Assembly (NCBI GenBank): GCA_037441385.1
Contig: JBBISH010000103.1
Coordinates: forward strand, 1-22,846
Source: Myxococcales bacterium
GTDB taxonomy: Bacteria; Myxococcota_A; UBA9042
Reading direction: 5' to 3'
DNA: 22,846 nt
Shown here: piece by piece, positions 7,862-16,899 of the stretch
Layout of the letters: each line of letters begins with the position of its first letter
Numbering within the stretch: the stretch's first letter is position 1
The notes under the pieces: generated by a model
What the model was told of the DNA's origin: nothing
Seen by the model: the letters and a program-made list of their open reading frames with translations, nothing else
Database searches by the model: none
Translations under genes and position numbers: made by a program

Positions 7862-8320
7862 CGCGGCCAGCGCCGCCAAGACGGCGTCGGCGTGACCTTT
7901 GACGCTGACCTTCTTCCACGCCGCGGCGATCTTGCCGTCGCGGTCGAGGACGAAGGTCGAGCGGATCACCCCTTCCACCTCTTTGCCGTACATGATCTTC
8001 TTGCCAAAGGCGCCGTACGCGAGCATCACGCTTTTGTCGGCGTCGCTCAGCAGCGGAAAGTTCAGGCCGTACTTCTTCTTGAACCGCTGATGGGCGGCCA
8101 GCGAGTCGCCAGAAATGCCAAGCACGACGGCGTTTTGCGTCGCGGCCAGCTGCGCTTGGCGGTCGCGAAAGTCGCAGGCTTCCGTCGTGCAACCCGGCGT
8201 GTCGTCGCGGGGATAGAAGTAGACCACCACCGGTCGGCCGCGCAGGGCCGACAGGGTCACCGTCGAGCCGTCGTCGGCGGGCAGCGAGAAATCCGGAGCA
8301 AACGAACCAACTTCGATCAT
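7853..8320 (-). CDS. bcp: Peroxiredoxin Bcp/PrxQ (thioredoxin-dependent thiol peroxidase)
   Basis: APDFSL, YFYPRDDTPGCTTEACDFRD (PxxxTxxC plus CxxxxC), FPLLSD, RSTFVLD. Confidence 0.95.
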   Translation of the reverse strand: MIEVGSFAPDFSLPADDGSTVTLSALRGRPVVVYFYPRDDTPGCTTEACDFRDRQAQLAATQNAVVLGISGDSLAAHQRFKKKYGLNFPLLSDADKSVMLAYGAFGKKIMYGKEVEGVIRSTFVLDRDGKIAAAWKKVSVKGHADAVLAALAALS

Positions 8321-8409
8321 GGAAACTCCAGGGCCAAGCGGCCACGTCCAGCGCGGCGGTAAAAGCTCACCGATCTCGCGGCAAATCGCAAGCGCAGCGC
8401 CGCCGCCGA

Positions 8410-8438
8410 TTGATCCGAATCACGAAAGCCCTTATGGT
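8410..8438 (+). promoter_or_regulatory. Sigma70-type promoter of the metallophosphoesterase
   Basis: TTGATC (8410-8415), 17-nt spacer, TATGGT (8433-8438), 35 nt before the ATG. Confidence 0.5.
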
Positions 8439-8473
8439 GCGGATAGGCCGCCGAGCCGCCGTTTGGGGACACC

Positions 8474-9208
8474 ATGCGCATTGCCATCATCAGCGACGTC
8501 CACGCCAACGTGCAGGCCCTGACCAAGGTGCTGGACCGCTGCGAGCGCGAGGACGTGGACGAGATCATCTGCTTGGGCGACGTGGTCGGCTACGGCGCCA
8601 ACCCCAACGAATGCTGCGACTTGCTGCGCGAGTACTGCAGCGTGGTGCTGATGGGCAACCACGACGCCGCGACCGTGGGCGTGATGGACGCGGACTACTA
8701 CTACGAGTCGGCCCGCCGCGTGCTGTACTGGACGCGCAAAGAGCTGACCGAAGAGAACTTCCGCTGGCTGTACTCGCTGCCGTACTCGCACCAGCGCCCG
8801 GACCTGGACGCGGGCTTTTACCACGCCGCGCCGATCCTGCCGTCGGGCTTCTACTACGTGGTGCGCAACGAAGAGGCCGAGGCGCTGACCCGCATGAAAG
8901 AAGGGTTCTTTACCCACAACTTCATCGGCCATTCGCACCTGACCACCGCCTACGAATACAGTGGCAAGAAAGTGCGCGATACGTCGGGCAGCTACACGTA
9001 CAAAGAGGGCAACCGCTACCTGCTCAACGTGGGCTCGGTGGGCCAACCGCGCGATCGCAACCCGCAGGCCTGCTTCGTGATTTTCGATAGCCGCACCAAG
9101 GCGATCCAACACGCCCGCGTCGCCTACGACATTGCCTCAGCGCAGGCGCGGATCCGCGAAGTCGGCCACGACGAGAAGTTTGCGCGCCGCCTGTCCGTGG
9201 GTCAGTAG
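8474..9208 (+). CDS. Calcineurin-like metallophosphoesterase (YfcE/MJ0912-like)
   Basis: All metal-binding motifs present: SDVHAN, GDVVGYG, GNHD, YH, GHSH; also NVGSVGQPRD. Confidence 0.93.
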   Translation: MRIAIISDVHANVQALTKVLDRCEREDVDEIICLGDVVGYGANPNECCDLLREYCSVVLMGNHDAATVGVMDADYYYESARRVLYWTRKELTEENFRWLYSLPYSHQRPDLDAGFYHAAPILPSGFYYVVRNEEAEALTRMKEGFFTHNFIGHSHLTTAYEYSGKKVRDTSGSYTYKEGNRYLLNVGSVGQPRDRNPQACFVIFDSRTKAIQHARVAYDIASAQARIREVGHDEKFARRLSVGQ

Positions 9209-9228
9209 GCCCCCAAACTTCACCGCGA

Positions 9229-11952
9229 TCAGCCGTTGGGGTAGATGCGGGCGCGCAGCCGCCAGCGGCCCAGCTCTTTCTTCTTGCCGGGCGTCTCGGC
9301 CGGGGCGACACGCAACAAGAAGCCCTCGCCACTGCCATTGTTGACCAGGATCTGCCGCGCGGCCGGGTCGCCGATCGGGATCTGTCGCAGGTCGGCCTTG
9401 CTGCCCAAGTCGCGGATGAGCAAGGTGTATTGCCCAGACGGCGCGGCAGCGTCGATGCTCAGTTGCGTCATGCCGGCCTCGCCGCCTTCGACCCGCAGCC
9501 AATCGGTGGCGGCCGAGTCCCCGGTGTCGCCGTTGTGCCACGCGCCCAAAACCATAGGCTGTGCCGAGTCTTCGGTGTTGTTCGGCTCGGTCTCGCCCTG
9601 GTCCACCGCGCTGATGATGCGGTAGCGGAGCGTGTAGGGCACTTCGTCGGGCCGGAGTTCGGCACCCTTGGGGGCGTAGCGCGAAACCACCACCGAATCA
9701 GGCAGTTGCCTAGCCTCGCCCACGAACGACAGCGTGGCCTTGACCTCGCCGGGCTGCAGGCGCCGCGCCGCGAGCGTCCGCCGCGAGCCGTCGAGCAGGG
9801 CCAAGCGCAGCCCGCTTTGCTCTTGACCGGCTGGCAGTTCCACGTCGACCTGCAGCAACTGCGTCTCGGGGCTGCCGGCAATGGCAAAGGCGTCGCGATC
9901 CGACGGACCGTCCAGAATGCCGCTCCAGCGCAGCTCGGGCTGCGACTCGTTGCCGGGCGGCTCGTCGTTGGGCTCGGCTTCGGCGTGGAGCGGCCGCGGC
10001 TGGCGCTGCGTGGTCAATGTGTAGAGGTCCGACAGCGACTCGCCCGGCACCTGCCCCGGCACCTGCGCCTCGCTGATGCACACCACCCGCGCCTGCAAGT
10101 GCGGATTGACCAACCGCAGTCGCTCGCCCTGGCCCTTGCCGCGGTGCGAATGGGTCAGCAGCGGCTTGTCCGCGTCGCGGTGCAGCGTGAACTGCAGGTC
10201 CATGTTCGGCACGCCCTCGGCGTTCAAGATCAGCTCTTCGCCGTCGGCCACGCTGGGCAGAACGAAACAGTCCTGGTCGCCGATCTGCGCCGAACGCCGC
10301 TTGCCGATCACACCCTGCACCTGGTCGCCTGGGCCCAGCGGGTTGGCGTGCGCCACGTCGTCGTTGGGCTCTTGTTCGCGCGGATTGGGGGTGTGACTGA
10401 GCCACGCGGCCACACCAACCGCCGTCGCCAACGCCAGAATCGCACCACCAAATAGCCAGATGCGCTTCTTCTGGGCCGACGGTGCGGCGGCGAGCAGGCG
10501 CTCGGCTTCGTAGATCTCGGACGGACGCTGCGGGGGCGGTACGGCAGCCGGCTGCGCCGCAGGCTGGGTGCGCGTGTCGAGCAACGGAATCACCGCCGAT
10601 GGCCGCCGCGAAGTCCCCGCCGCCACGGCAGGCGCCGCCACGGTCGTCTCGCGGAACTGCGACTTCAGCGCCGTCACTAGCGCCTGCGCCATCTGCTCCA
10701 TGTCGGCAAAGCGCATCTGCGGGTCTTTTTGCAGCGCCTTGGCGACCACGTGCTCCAGCACTTCGGGGATCTGGGCGCCCGGCGCGACGTCGCGCATCTT
10801 GGGCGGCGCCTCCATCAAGTGCGCCTTCAGGATGTCGAAGGTGTTCTTCTGCTGGAACACGTTCTTGCCGGTCAGCATCCGGAACGCCAGCGCGCCCACC
10901 GAGTAGATGTCAGCGCGGCCATCGATCTCGGCGGCGCGGATCTGCTCGGGGCTCATGTAGAACGGCGTGCCAAAGATGTCGCGCTGGCTGTGGATCGTGT
11001 AGGGATCATCCACGCCTTCGACCTTGGCCAGACCAAAATCCAGGATCTTGACAAAATCCGGGTGGGCGGCGTTGTCGACCAGCATCACGTTTTCGGGCTT
11101 CAGGTCGCGGTGGACGATGCCGTGGCGATGAGCCTCGGCCAGCGAGTCGCACATCTGCAGCAGGATCCGCACGGCGCGGTCGGCCGGCAACGGCCCCTCG
11201 CGATCGAGCAGCGAGTCCAGCGCCTCGCCCTCGATGAGCTCCATCACCAAGTAGAACAGCTCGCTGTAGCGACCAAAGTCGTAGACCATCACCGTGTGCG
11301 GGCTGGAAAGCCGCGAGATGGCGCGGGCCTCGCGGGTAAAGCGGGCGATGAGCTGCTTCTTGCTGATCAGATTTTCGTGCAGGAGCTTGATCGCCATCGT
11401 CTTGCGCAGGTGCACCTGCTCGCAACGGTACACCGCGCCCATGCCCCCGCGGCCGATGAGGGCCTGGATCAGATAGCGATCGTCAATCAACTTACCCAGA
11501 TACGCGCTCTGCGGCTCGCCCTCGTCATCATTCATCGAAGTGAGCAACGTCGGCCCTTCCGCCGGTGGCGCGGGCGTCGCCGGCTTGGGGGGCGGTTTCT
11601 GCGCTGGCGACTTGCCCGAAGCCGAACGCGCCGGCATCGCGAGCGCCGGGATCGAACCCGACGGAGCCGTGGCCGGGCTCAGCGGCGCGGCGGCCGGCGG
11701 GGGCAAGGGCGGCGGCGTGCGCTCGTCGATTGCGGCGACCTCGCTGTCAGGCCGCGGCATCGCCGTAACAACGGTGGGCACGGTGCTGGGGTCAGCCAAC
11801 TCTTCTGGAAGTTCGTCCGCGGGTTGCGGGGGCAGTGGCGCTGGCGCGACGGGCACCACAGGGGCAGCCGCGGCCTGCAACGGCGAGCCATCCTCGCGGC
11901 AGAAACGCTCTGCGCCGCTGTAGCTTTTGCCGCACGCAGGACACGTCTTCAT
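9229..11952 (-). CDS. Membrane Hanks-type Ser/Thr protein kinase with N-terminal zinc-ribbon-like motif and extracellular EPND/PPC-like repeats
   Basis: GRGGMGAVY, AIK, HRDLKPEN, DFG, GTPFYMSPE, ADIYSVG; TM helix IWLFGGAILALATAVGVAAWL; EQEPND, EAEPND, ETEPNN repeats; N-terminal CPAC-x10-CRED. Confidence 0.95.
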   Translation of the reverse strand: MKTCPACGKSYSGAERFCREDGSPLQAAAAPVVPVAPAPLPPQPADELPEELADPSTVPTVVTAMPRPDSEVAAIDERTPPPLPPPAAAPLSPATAPSGSIPALAMPARSASGKSPAQKPPPKPATPAPPAEGPTLLTSMNDDEGEPQSAYLGKLIDDRYLIQALIGRGGMGAVYRCEQVHLRKTMAIKLLHENLISKKQLIARFTREARAISRLSSPHTVMVYDFGRYSELFYLVMELIEGEALDSLLDREGPLPADRAVRILLQMCDSLAEAHRHGIVHRDLKPENVMLVDNAAHPDFVKILDFGLAKVEGVDDPYTIHSQRDIFGTPFYMSPEQIRAAEIDGRADIYSVGALAFRMLTGKNVFQQKNTFDILKAHLMEAPPKMRDVAPGAQIPEVLEHVVAKALQKDPQMRFADMEQMAQALVTALKSQFRETTVAAPAVAAGTSRRPSAVIPLLDTRTQPAAQPAAVPPPQRPSEIYEAERLLAAAPSAQKKRIWLFGGAILALATAVGVAAWLSHTPNPREQEPNDDVAHANPLGPGDQVQGVIGKRRSAQIGDQDCFVLPSVADGEELILNAEGVPNMDLQFTLHRDADKPLLTHSHRGKGQGERLRLVNPHLQARVVCISEAQVPGQVPGESLSDLYTLTTQRQPRPLHAEAEPNDEPPGNESQPELRWSGILDGPSDRDAFAIAGSPETQLLQVDVELPAGQEQSGLRLALLDGSRRTLAARRLQPGEVKATLSFVGEARQLPDSVVVSRYAPKGAELRPDEVPYTLRYRIISAVDQGETEPNNTEDSAQPMVLGAWHNGDTGDSAATDWLRVEGGEAGMTQLSIDAAAPSGQYTLLIRDLGSKADLRQIPIGDPAARQILVNNGSGEGFLLRVAPAETPGKKKELGRWRLRARIYPNG

Positions 11953-12018
11953 CTGCCAACTACTCCGCCGCTGTCCTAGTTTATGCCCAGGTCGCCAACG
12001 TGATCAACGGGTTTAGGG

Positions 12019-13533
12019 CTATTGGCCGCCCCAGCGCTTGGGCGCCTTGCCCGCCATGCGTTGCCAAGACGGCGTGTAGTACTGGGCAAAGGGCACGTCG
12101 ATCGGCTCGCGGACCGCGCCGTCGGCGCTGGTGATCCACAGGCGTTGGCCTCTGCCGTCCTCATTCGAGGTGTAGATCAGGCGCTTGCCGCACGGCGACC
12201 AGGTCGGCTCGAGCGAGCGGCGGCCCTGCCCTGGCGTGAGGCGCTGCATCTTGCCTTGCAGCGTCACGGTGAGCACGTCCAAGGCGTTGCCGCGCTGCCC
12301 CGAGTAGGCGATCTTGCCATCGGGCCCCCAGTCGGGATCGGCGTTGTAGTTGCCGGCAAAAGTCAGGCGGCGTTGGCCGCTGCCGTCAAAGCTCATCACG
12401 TAGACCTGCGGCTCGCCGGTGCGGTCCGAGATGAAGGCGATGTAGTCGCCGTCTGGGCTGATCGAGGGCGACAAGTCGTTGCCAGGGTTGTTGGTCAGGT
12501 TGCGCACGGGCTCGCCGGTGTGGTCGAGCAGGTAGATGTCGGCCTGGTCGCCGTCGTTGATGGTGGCGATGATCTCGCCGCGCGGATGTTGGGCACAGCC
12601 GCGAAACTGCAGGTCTTTGCCGGCGGCAAACGGGGTGGGGATCTCTGCGGTGGCTTTGACGGGCGCCGGGCCCTTGGTCTTGACGGACTTGGGCAGTGTG
12701 GGCGTCAGGTCCGAGGTCGCCATCAGCTGGAACGCGTCGAGCTTGAACAAGCTGGGCATGCCCGTGCGGAACGAGGTGTAAGCCAGCCCGCCGTCCTGCA
12801 ATTGCACCGGGAACATGTGAATCCCCGTGTCGCCCACGATGATGCGGCGGTTGGCGCCATCGGCGTCGACCTGCCAGATGCAGCGCTGGCAGCCGGGCCC
12901 CGGCGCGCTGTAGTAGATCACCGTGTCAAAGCTGCCCTCTACGCCGGTCAGCGCACCCTGCACGCCGTTCAGGACGCGGTGGGCCATCGAGCGCAGCGAC
13001 GTTTGCGGCGCATTCTGCAGCGCGTAGTCTTGCAGCGAGTACACGCGACCGTCGTGGGCGCCGACCAAACCGGCCGAAAGCTCGAGGTAGCCGGCCTGCT
13101 TGCTGGGCTTGAGCGCCAGGGCGAGCACGTACGTAGCCCCGGCCCCAGAGGCAGGGCCGGTACGGACCGTGAAATTGGGCAACGGCGTCTTGGTGATCTG
13201 ACCCGCTTGCGCACTGGTTCCGTGCAGCGAGCGCACAAACCCGGACAAACGCGCGTCGTTGGCAACCACCGACTCGACCAGCTCGCAGTCTTTCTTGGCG
13301 GTCGCGCAGACCACCGGCAGCACCAAGAGCGCGTCGAGCGGTCGCTGGGTCGCCTCGACAATGACGTAGAGGCCAGGATCGTCGCCACCCGGTTTGAGTT
13401 CGTCGGCGTGGAGCGGTGCGGCGATCAGGGCAAGCAGGCCGACCAGCACGGTCCGAACACCCAACGCGTAGCGGTGACTCGGCCATGGCCCCGCGCGGCG
13501 GGCCGAGCCCCCGTGGCTTGTTCGCGTTCGCAT
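12019..13533 (-). CDS. tolB: TolB-like periplasmic beta-propeller protein
   Basis: Start taken at ATG 13533 (RBS AAGGGGG). Signal-like segment ending PLHA; TolB_N-like VVANDARLSGF and AHRVLNGVQGALTGVEGSFDT; PD40 repeats PSISPDGDYIAFISDRTG, PDWGPDG, PTWSPCG. Confidence 0.8.
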   Translation of the reverse strand: MRTRTSHGGSARRAGPWPSHRYALGVRTVLVGLLALIAAPLHADELKPGGDDPGLYVIVEATQRPLDALLVLPVVCATAKKDCELVESVVANDARLSGFVRSLHGTSAQAGQITKTPLPNFTVRTGPASGAGATYVLALALKPSKQAGYLELSAGLVGAHDGRVYSLQDYALQNAPQTSLRSMAHRVLNGVQGALTGVEGSFDTVIYYSAPGPGCQRCIWQVDADGANRRIIVGDTGIHMFPVQLQDGGLAYTSFRTGMPSLFKLDAFQLMATSDLTPTLPKSVKTKGPAPVKATAEIPTPFAAGKDLQFRGCAQHPRGEIIATINDGDQADIYLLDHTGEPVRNLTNNPGNDLSPSISPDGDYIAFISDRTGEPQVYVMSFDGSGQRRLTFAGNYNADPDWGPDGKIAYSGQRGNALDVLTVTLQGKMQRLTPGQGRRSLEPTWSPCGKRLIYTSNEDGRGQRLWITSADGAVREPIDVPFAQYYTPSWQRMAGKAPKRWGGQ

Positions 13534-13623
13534 GCGTCCCCCTTCTTTGGCCCGTGGCGGGCAGCGTTCGACCAGCGTCACCGCCTCAAACACGCTCCAC
13601 AATGCGATCGCTAGCCGCCGCGG

Positions 13624-14970
13624 TCAAGCGTCGCCCAGGGGCTCTGCGGCAAACGGCAGTGGCGCTTCCGTCGCGGCCTCGGCGCGCAATTGCACAAGCC
13701 AGGCGCCCACTTGGTCCACGTCGGTGGGATGGACGTACAGGCGCGTCAGCAGCGTATGGTCAGCGTACCGCTCGAAAAGCCGCGTCGCGCGGTCGAGTTC
13801 CAGCCACTTGACCGGGCCAAAGGGCGGTTTTTTGCGGACATAGATGGCGCGACCGCGATCGGCGGCGTGGTACTTGGACAGGGCGCCCTTGCTTGTCACG
13901 AAGAGGTGATCGATGCCCGCAGCCTGCAGACGCTCGACCAGCGGGGCAATCGGTTCAGCGATGCCGGCGGGCGACGACTCGGCCACAAGCCGCAGCGGTC
14001 GGTGGTGCAAGATGCCGGCCGCCCACGGCGAACGCCCCTCGAACTGCCGCAGCGTGCGCCAAAGGGCATGATCGTCAAACTCCAAGTAGGCGTCTGCGCT
14101 AGCTGGTGCCCGCACCGCCGCGCCGGCGTCGGCGTAGAAACGCCGCAGCATCTGGTCATAACAGACGGATTTCTTATGAAAATACACCATCAAAAACATG
14201 TGATGACGCGACAACAGAAAGTCATCGAACGAAAACAGCGCCCGGTCCTCTAGCCCCAGGTGCAGATGGCCGCGCTCGTCTTGGCGATGGCACAGGTGGG
14301 CGATGAGCCACGCCACATCGAATTCGCCATAGGATACGCCGGTGAAGTAGCTGTCGCGGAGCAGATAATCCATGCGGTCGACGTCGAGCTCGCCGGACAC
14401 CAGTGCCGCGAGCAGGTCGCGGAAGTTGCGGCCAGCCACACGGAACACTTCAGGATCACAGGCTACTTCGTCACTGATCAGCGCCGCGACATGCAGGGAG
14501 CGCACCCCAAGCGGCGCCATCGCGGTGTCGATGACGTCGCGCAGCCCAGAGCCCAGCAAGAACAGCAAGGTAAAGTGCTCGTGCGAACCTTGATCGCTTG
14601 GCAGCGGCAGGCGTAGGTCGGGGACGCCCAGCTCGGCGCCGGGCGGGAGGAGCACCTCGGACGAATGCGAGAGCGGCGGGTGGCCCAAATCGTGGCACAG
14701 CGCCGCCAGGCGCAAGGTCTGCCGCAGCCGCGCGCGCTCGCTGCCCGCCAGCCAATCGGCCTCGCGCAGCGCCGCGTCAAAGGCCAGGCCCGCCAGATGC
14801 ATCGCCCCCAGCGAGTGCAAGAACCGGCTGTGGCCGGCGCCGGGAAAGGTCAACTCCGAAAAGCCAAGTTGCTTGATGTTGCGCAAACGCTGCAGCCACG
14901 GCGAGTCGATGATTGCGGCTTCGGCCGGCGTGACAGGGATGGGGCCGTGGATCGGATCGCGAATTTCCAT
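13624..14970 (-). CDS. HD-superfamily phosphohydrolase (SAMHD1/YwfO-like dNTP triphosphohydrolase family)
   Basis: IRDPIHG, LQRLRNIKQLG, HSRFLHSLG, CHDLGHPPLSH, DVDRMDYLLRDS, VYFHK. Confidence 0.92.
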   Translation of the reverse strand: MEIRDPIHGPIPVTPAEAAIIDSPWLQRLRNIKQLGFSELTFPGAGHSRFLHSLGAMHLAGLAFDAALREADWLAGSERARLRQTLRLAALCHDLGHPPLSHSSEVLLPPGAELGVPDLRLPLPSDQGSHEHFTLLFLLGSGLRDVIDTAMAPLGVRSLHVAALISDEVACDPEVFRVAGRNFRDLLAALVSGELDVDRMDYLLRDSYFTGVSYGEFDVAWLIAHLCHRQDERGHLHLGLEDRALFSFDDFLLSRHHMFLMVYFHKKSVCYDQMLRRFYADAGAAVRAPASADAYLEFDDHALWRTLRQFEGRSPWAAGILHHRPLRLVAESSPAGIAEPIAPLVERLQAAGIDHLFVTSKGALSKYHAADRGRAIYVRKKPPFGPVKWLELDRATRLFERYADHTLLTRLYVHPTDVDQVGAWLVQLRAEAATEAPLPFAAEPLGDA

Positions 14971-15000
14971 GGAATCATGCCCTTTGGGGTCGTGGGTCGT

Positions 15001-16899
15001 TCATTTCAGCTGGGGCCAGGCCTGTGCCGCGCGCTGACGAAGTACGGGATCCGTAATACCGGCAAGGACTTGTAGGGCCTGCTGCCGCAGTGGTTCCCAC
15101 TCGGGATGGCGGGCGACGGCCTGCGCCAGGTGCCCCACGGCTTGCTCTGGCAGCCCGCCCAACGCGAGCCCCGCGGCGGTGGCCGAGACCCACTGCGGGT
15201 CCTGGTCCGGATCGGCGACAAAGCGCCGGGCAAACGCAGATCGCGCAGGGTCTTGCGCGGCAACCGCCAACACATAGGCATCCAACGGCGTGCGACCGCG
15301 GAAGGCCCCCGCTGGCAGATCGCGCACCAACGCAAAGGCGCGCTGGTGCTGCTGGCAGCGCATACCCCAGCCAATGCTGGCCAGGCGGGCAGGCACAGCG
15401 CGCTTGGTCGAGCCCTGCACCGCTTGCGCGAACGGCTCGGCGGCCGGGCAGTTGCCTGCGGTCAGCGCGGCATCCAGCCCCGTAGCCCACACCCCCGGAT
15501 CGCCGCGGTCCAGGGCCAAGGCCGCCTGCGCGTGCGGCAGCGCCAGGTCCGGGCGGCGCTGAACCACCAGGACATGCGCCAGGTTGACGCGCATCCGCAG
15601 CGAGTTGGGCTGCAGGCGCACGCCGCGCTCGAACAGCCGCAGCGGTGTGGTCCAATCGTCAGCGACCGCCTGGGTCTGCAGCGTCGCGGGGATCAGCAGA
15701 GCCAACCCCGCCGGCACCGCGGCCCGCATCGACAGCCGATCCGTCGCGAGCGCGATCGCCACTGCCACCCAGAGCGTGGGCGTGGTCAACAGGCGATCGG
15801 CAAACTGCACGGTCGCGGGCGTCAGGATCTGCGAAAGGGGCAGCCAAGCCAGCAGCACGCCCAAGGGCAAGAGCACCACACCCTCGCGGCGCAGTTGCGC
15901 AGACTCGTCGGGCTCGCCTTCACGCGGCAACCGCAGCCAGGACCAGACGGCCAGCGCGACCAACGCCAGCAAACCCAGCATCCCGGCCGTGGCCAATAGC
16001 GACCAGTCGCCCGCTGGCGGCCAGACGGCAAAGGTATAGTCGGGGGCCAAGTCCGCGGGCCAAATCAGGCGAGCCAGGGCGCGGGCGCTCAGCTCAAGTC
16101 CGCTGAAAACGCGAGTGGTAGCGGGTACATGCGCCAGCGGATTGTCGTGGAGCGGCACCTTGGCGGCCAGCAGCGAGCCGATGTTCCAGCGCCGCCAAAC
16201 CAGCCACGCCAACGCCACCGGCGCCAGCCCCAAGACCGCGGGCAACATGCGCTGCCGACACGGCTTGTCTAGCAATGCCCAGGCGCCCCACCAAGCCAGC
16301 ACGGCGACCGAACTCTCTTTGGACAAGAGCGCCAACGCCGTCCACAGCGCCAGACGCAGGCCGTGGCGAGGCAGCGGCGCGCCGGTGCGGATCTGCCACA
16401 ACTCGCGCGTCCCCAGCACCAGCAGCCACAGGGCCTGCAGCTCGGGCCGGTAGGCCACCTGCATCACTGCCTCGGTGTGCAGCGGGTGGGCGGCAAAAAG
16501 GGCCACGGCCAGGCCAGCCGTGCGCTCGGGGTGGCGAAGGCCAGCGGCGCGCAGCCAATCGCGAATCAGTAGATAGCTAGACACGCATATACAAAGCAAA
16601 ATAAGCAGTTGCACGACGTGGCGCGCCAAGGAACTGGTCAACCCCAGCGCGGTTTCCAGGCAAAAGCCCAAGGTCACCGCAGGTCGCGACGGAAAATCGC
16701 CCAGCCGTTCGGCCGGGCCGAAGTACCGCCCCGAAAAAATGCCCGCCAAGTCGGGCGGCCAGGCCACCAGCGGGTTGCCGGTGATCGCCGCCCCGTCGTC
16801 GTGCACGTACTGCGCCTGCAGCGCCGCCGGTCCGTACGCCACCGCGATCAGCAGTGCTGCAGCGGAGATCGCGAGCCATGTCGCGCGGTTACGGGTCAT
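15001..16899 (-). CDS. TMTC-like GT-C membrane glycosyltransferase with C-terminal TPR-like region
   Basis: True start is ATG 16899 (ATGA overlap with the rodA stop). Motifs VHDD..AITGNP, RP, FAAHPLHTEAV..R.EL, LLSKES, DNPL, LIWPADLAPDY, ADRLL, then W..PLRLFERGVRLQPNSLRMRVNLA; many hydrophobic helices. Confidence 0.82.
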   Translation of the reverse strand: MTRNRATWLAISAAALLIAVAYGPAALQAQYVHDDGAAITGNPLVAWPPDLAGIFSGRYFGPAERLGDFPSRPAVTLGFCLETALGLTSSLARHVVQLLILLCICVSSYLLIRDWLRAAGLRHPERTAGLAVALFAAHPLHTEAVMQVAYRPELQALWLLVLGTRELWQIRTGAPLPRHGLRLALWTALALLSKESSVAVLAWWGAWALLDKPCRQRMLPAVLGLAPVALAWLVWRRWNIGSLLAAKVPLHDNPLAHVPATTRVFSGLELSARALARLIWPADLAPDYTFAVWPPAGDWSLLATAGMLGLLALVALAVWSWLRLPREGEPDESAQLRREGVVLLPLGVLLAWLPLSQILTPATVQFADRLLTTPTLWVAVAIALATDRLSMRAAVPAGLALLIPATLQTQAVADDWTTPLRLFERGVRLQPNSLRMRVNLAHVLVVQRRPDLALPHAQAALALDRGDPGVWATGLDAALTAGNCPAAEPFAQAVQGSTKRAVPARLASIGWGMRCQQHQRAFALVRDLPAGAFRGRTPLDAYVLAVAAQDPARSAFARRFVADPDQDPQWVSATAAGLALGGLPEQAVGHLAQAVARHPEWEPLRQQALQVLAGITDPVLRQRAAQAWPQLK

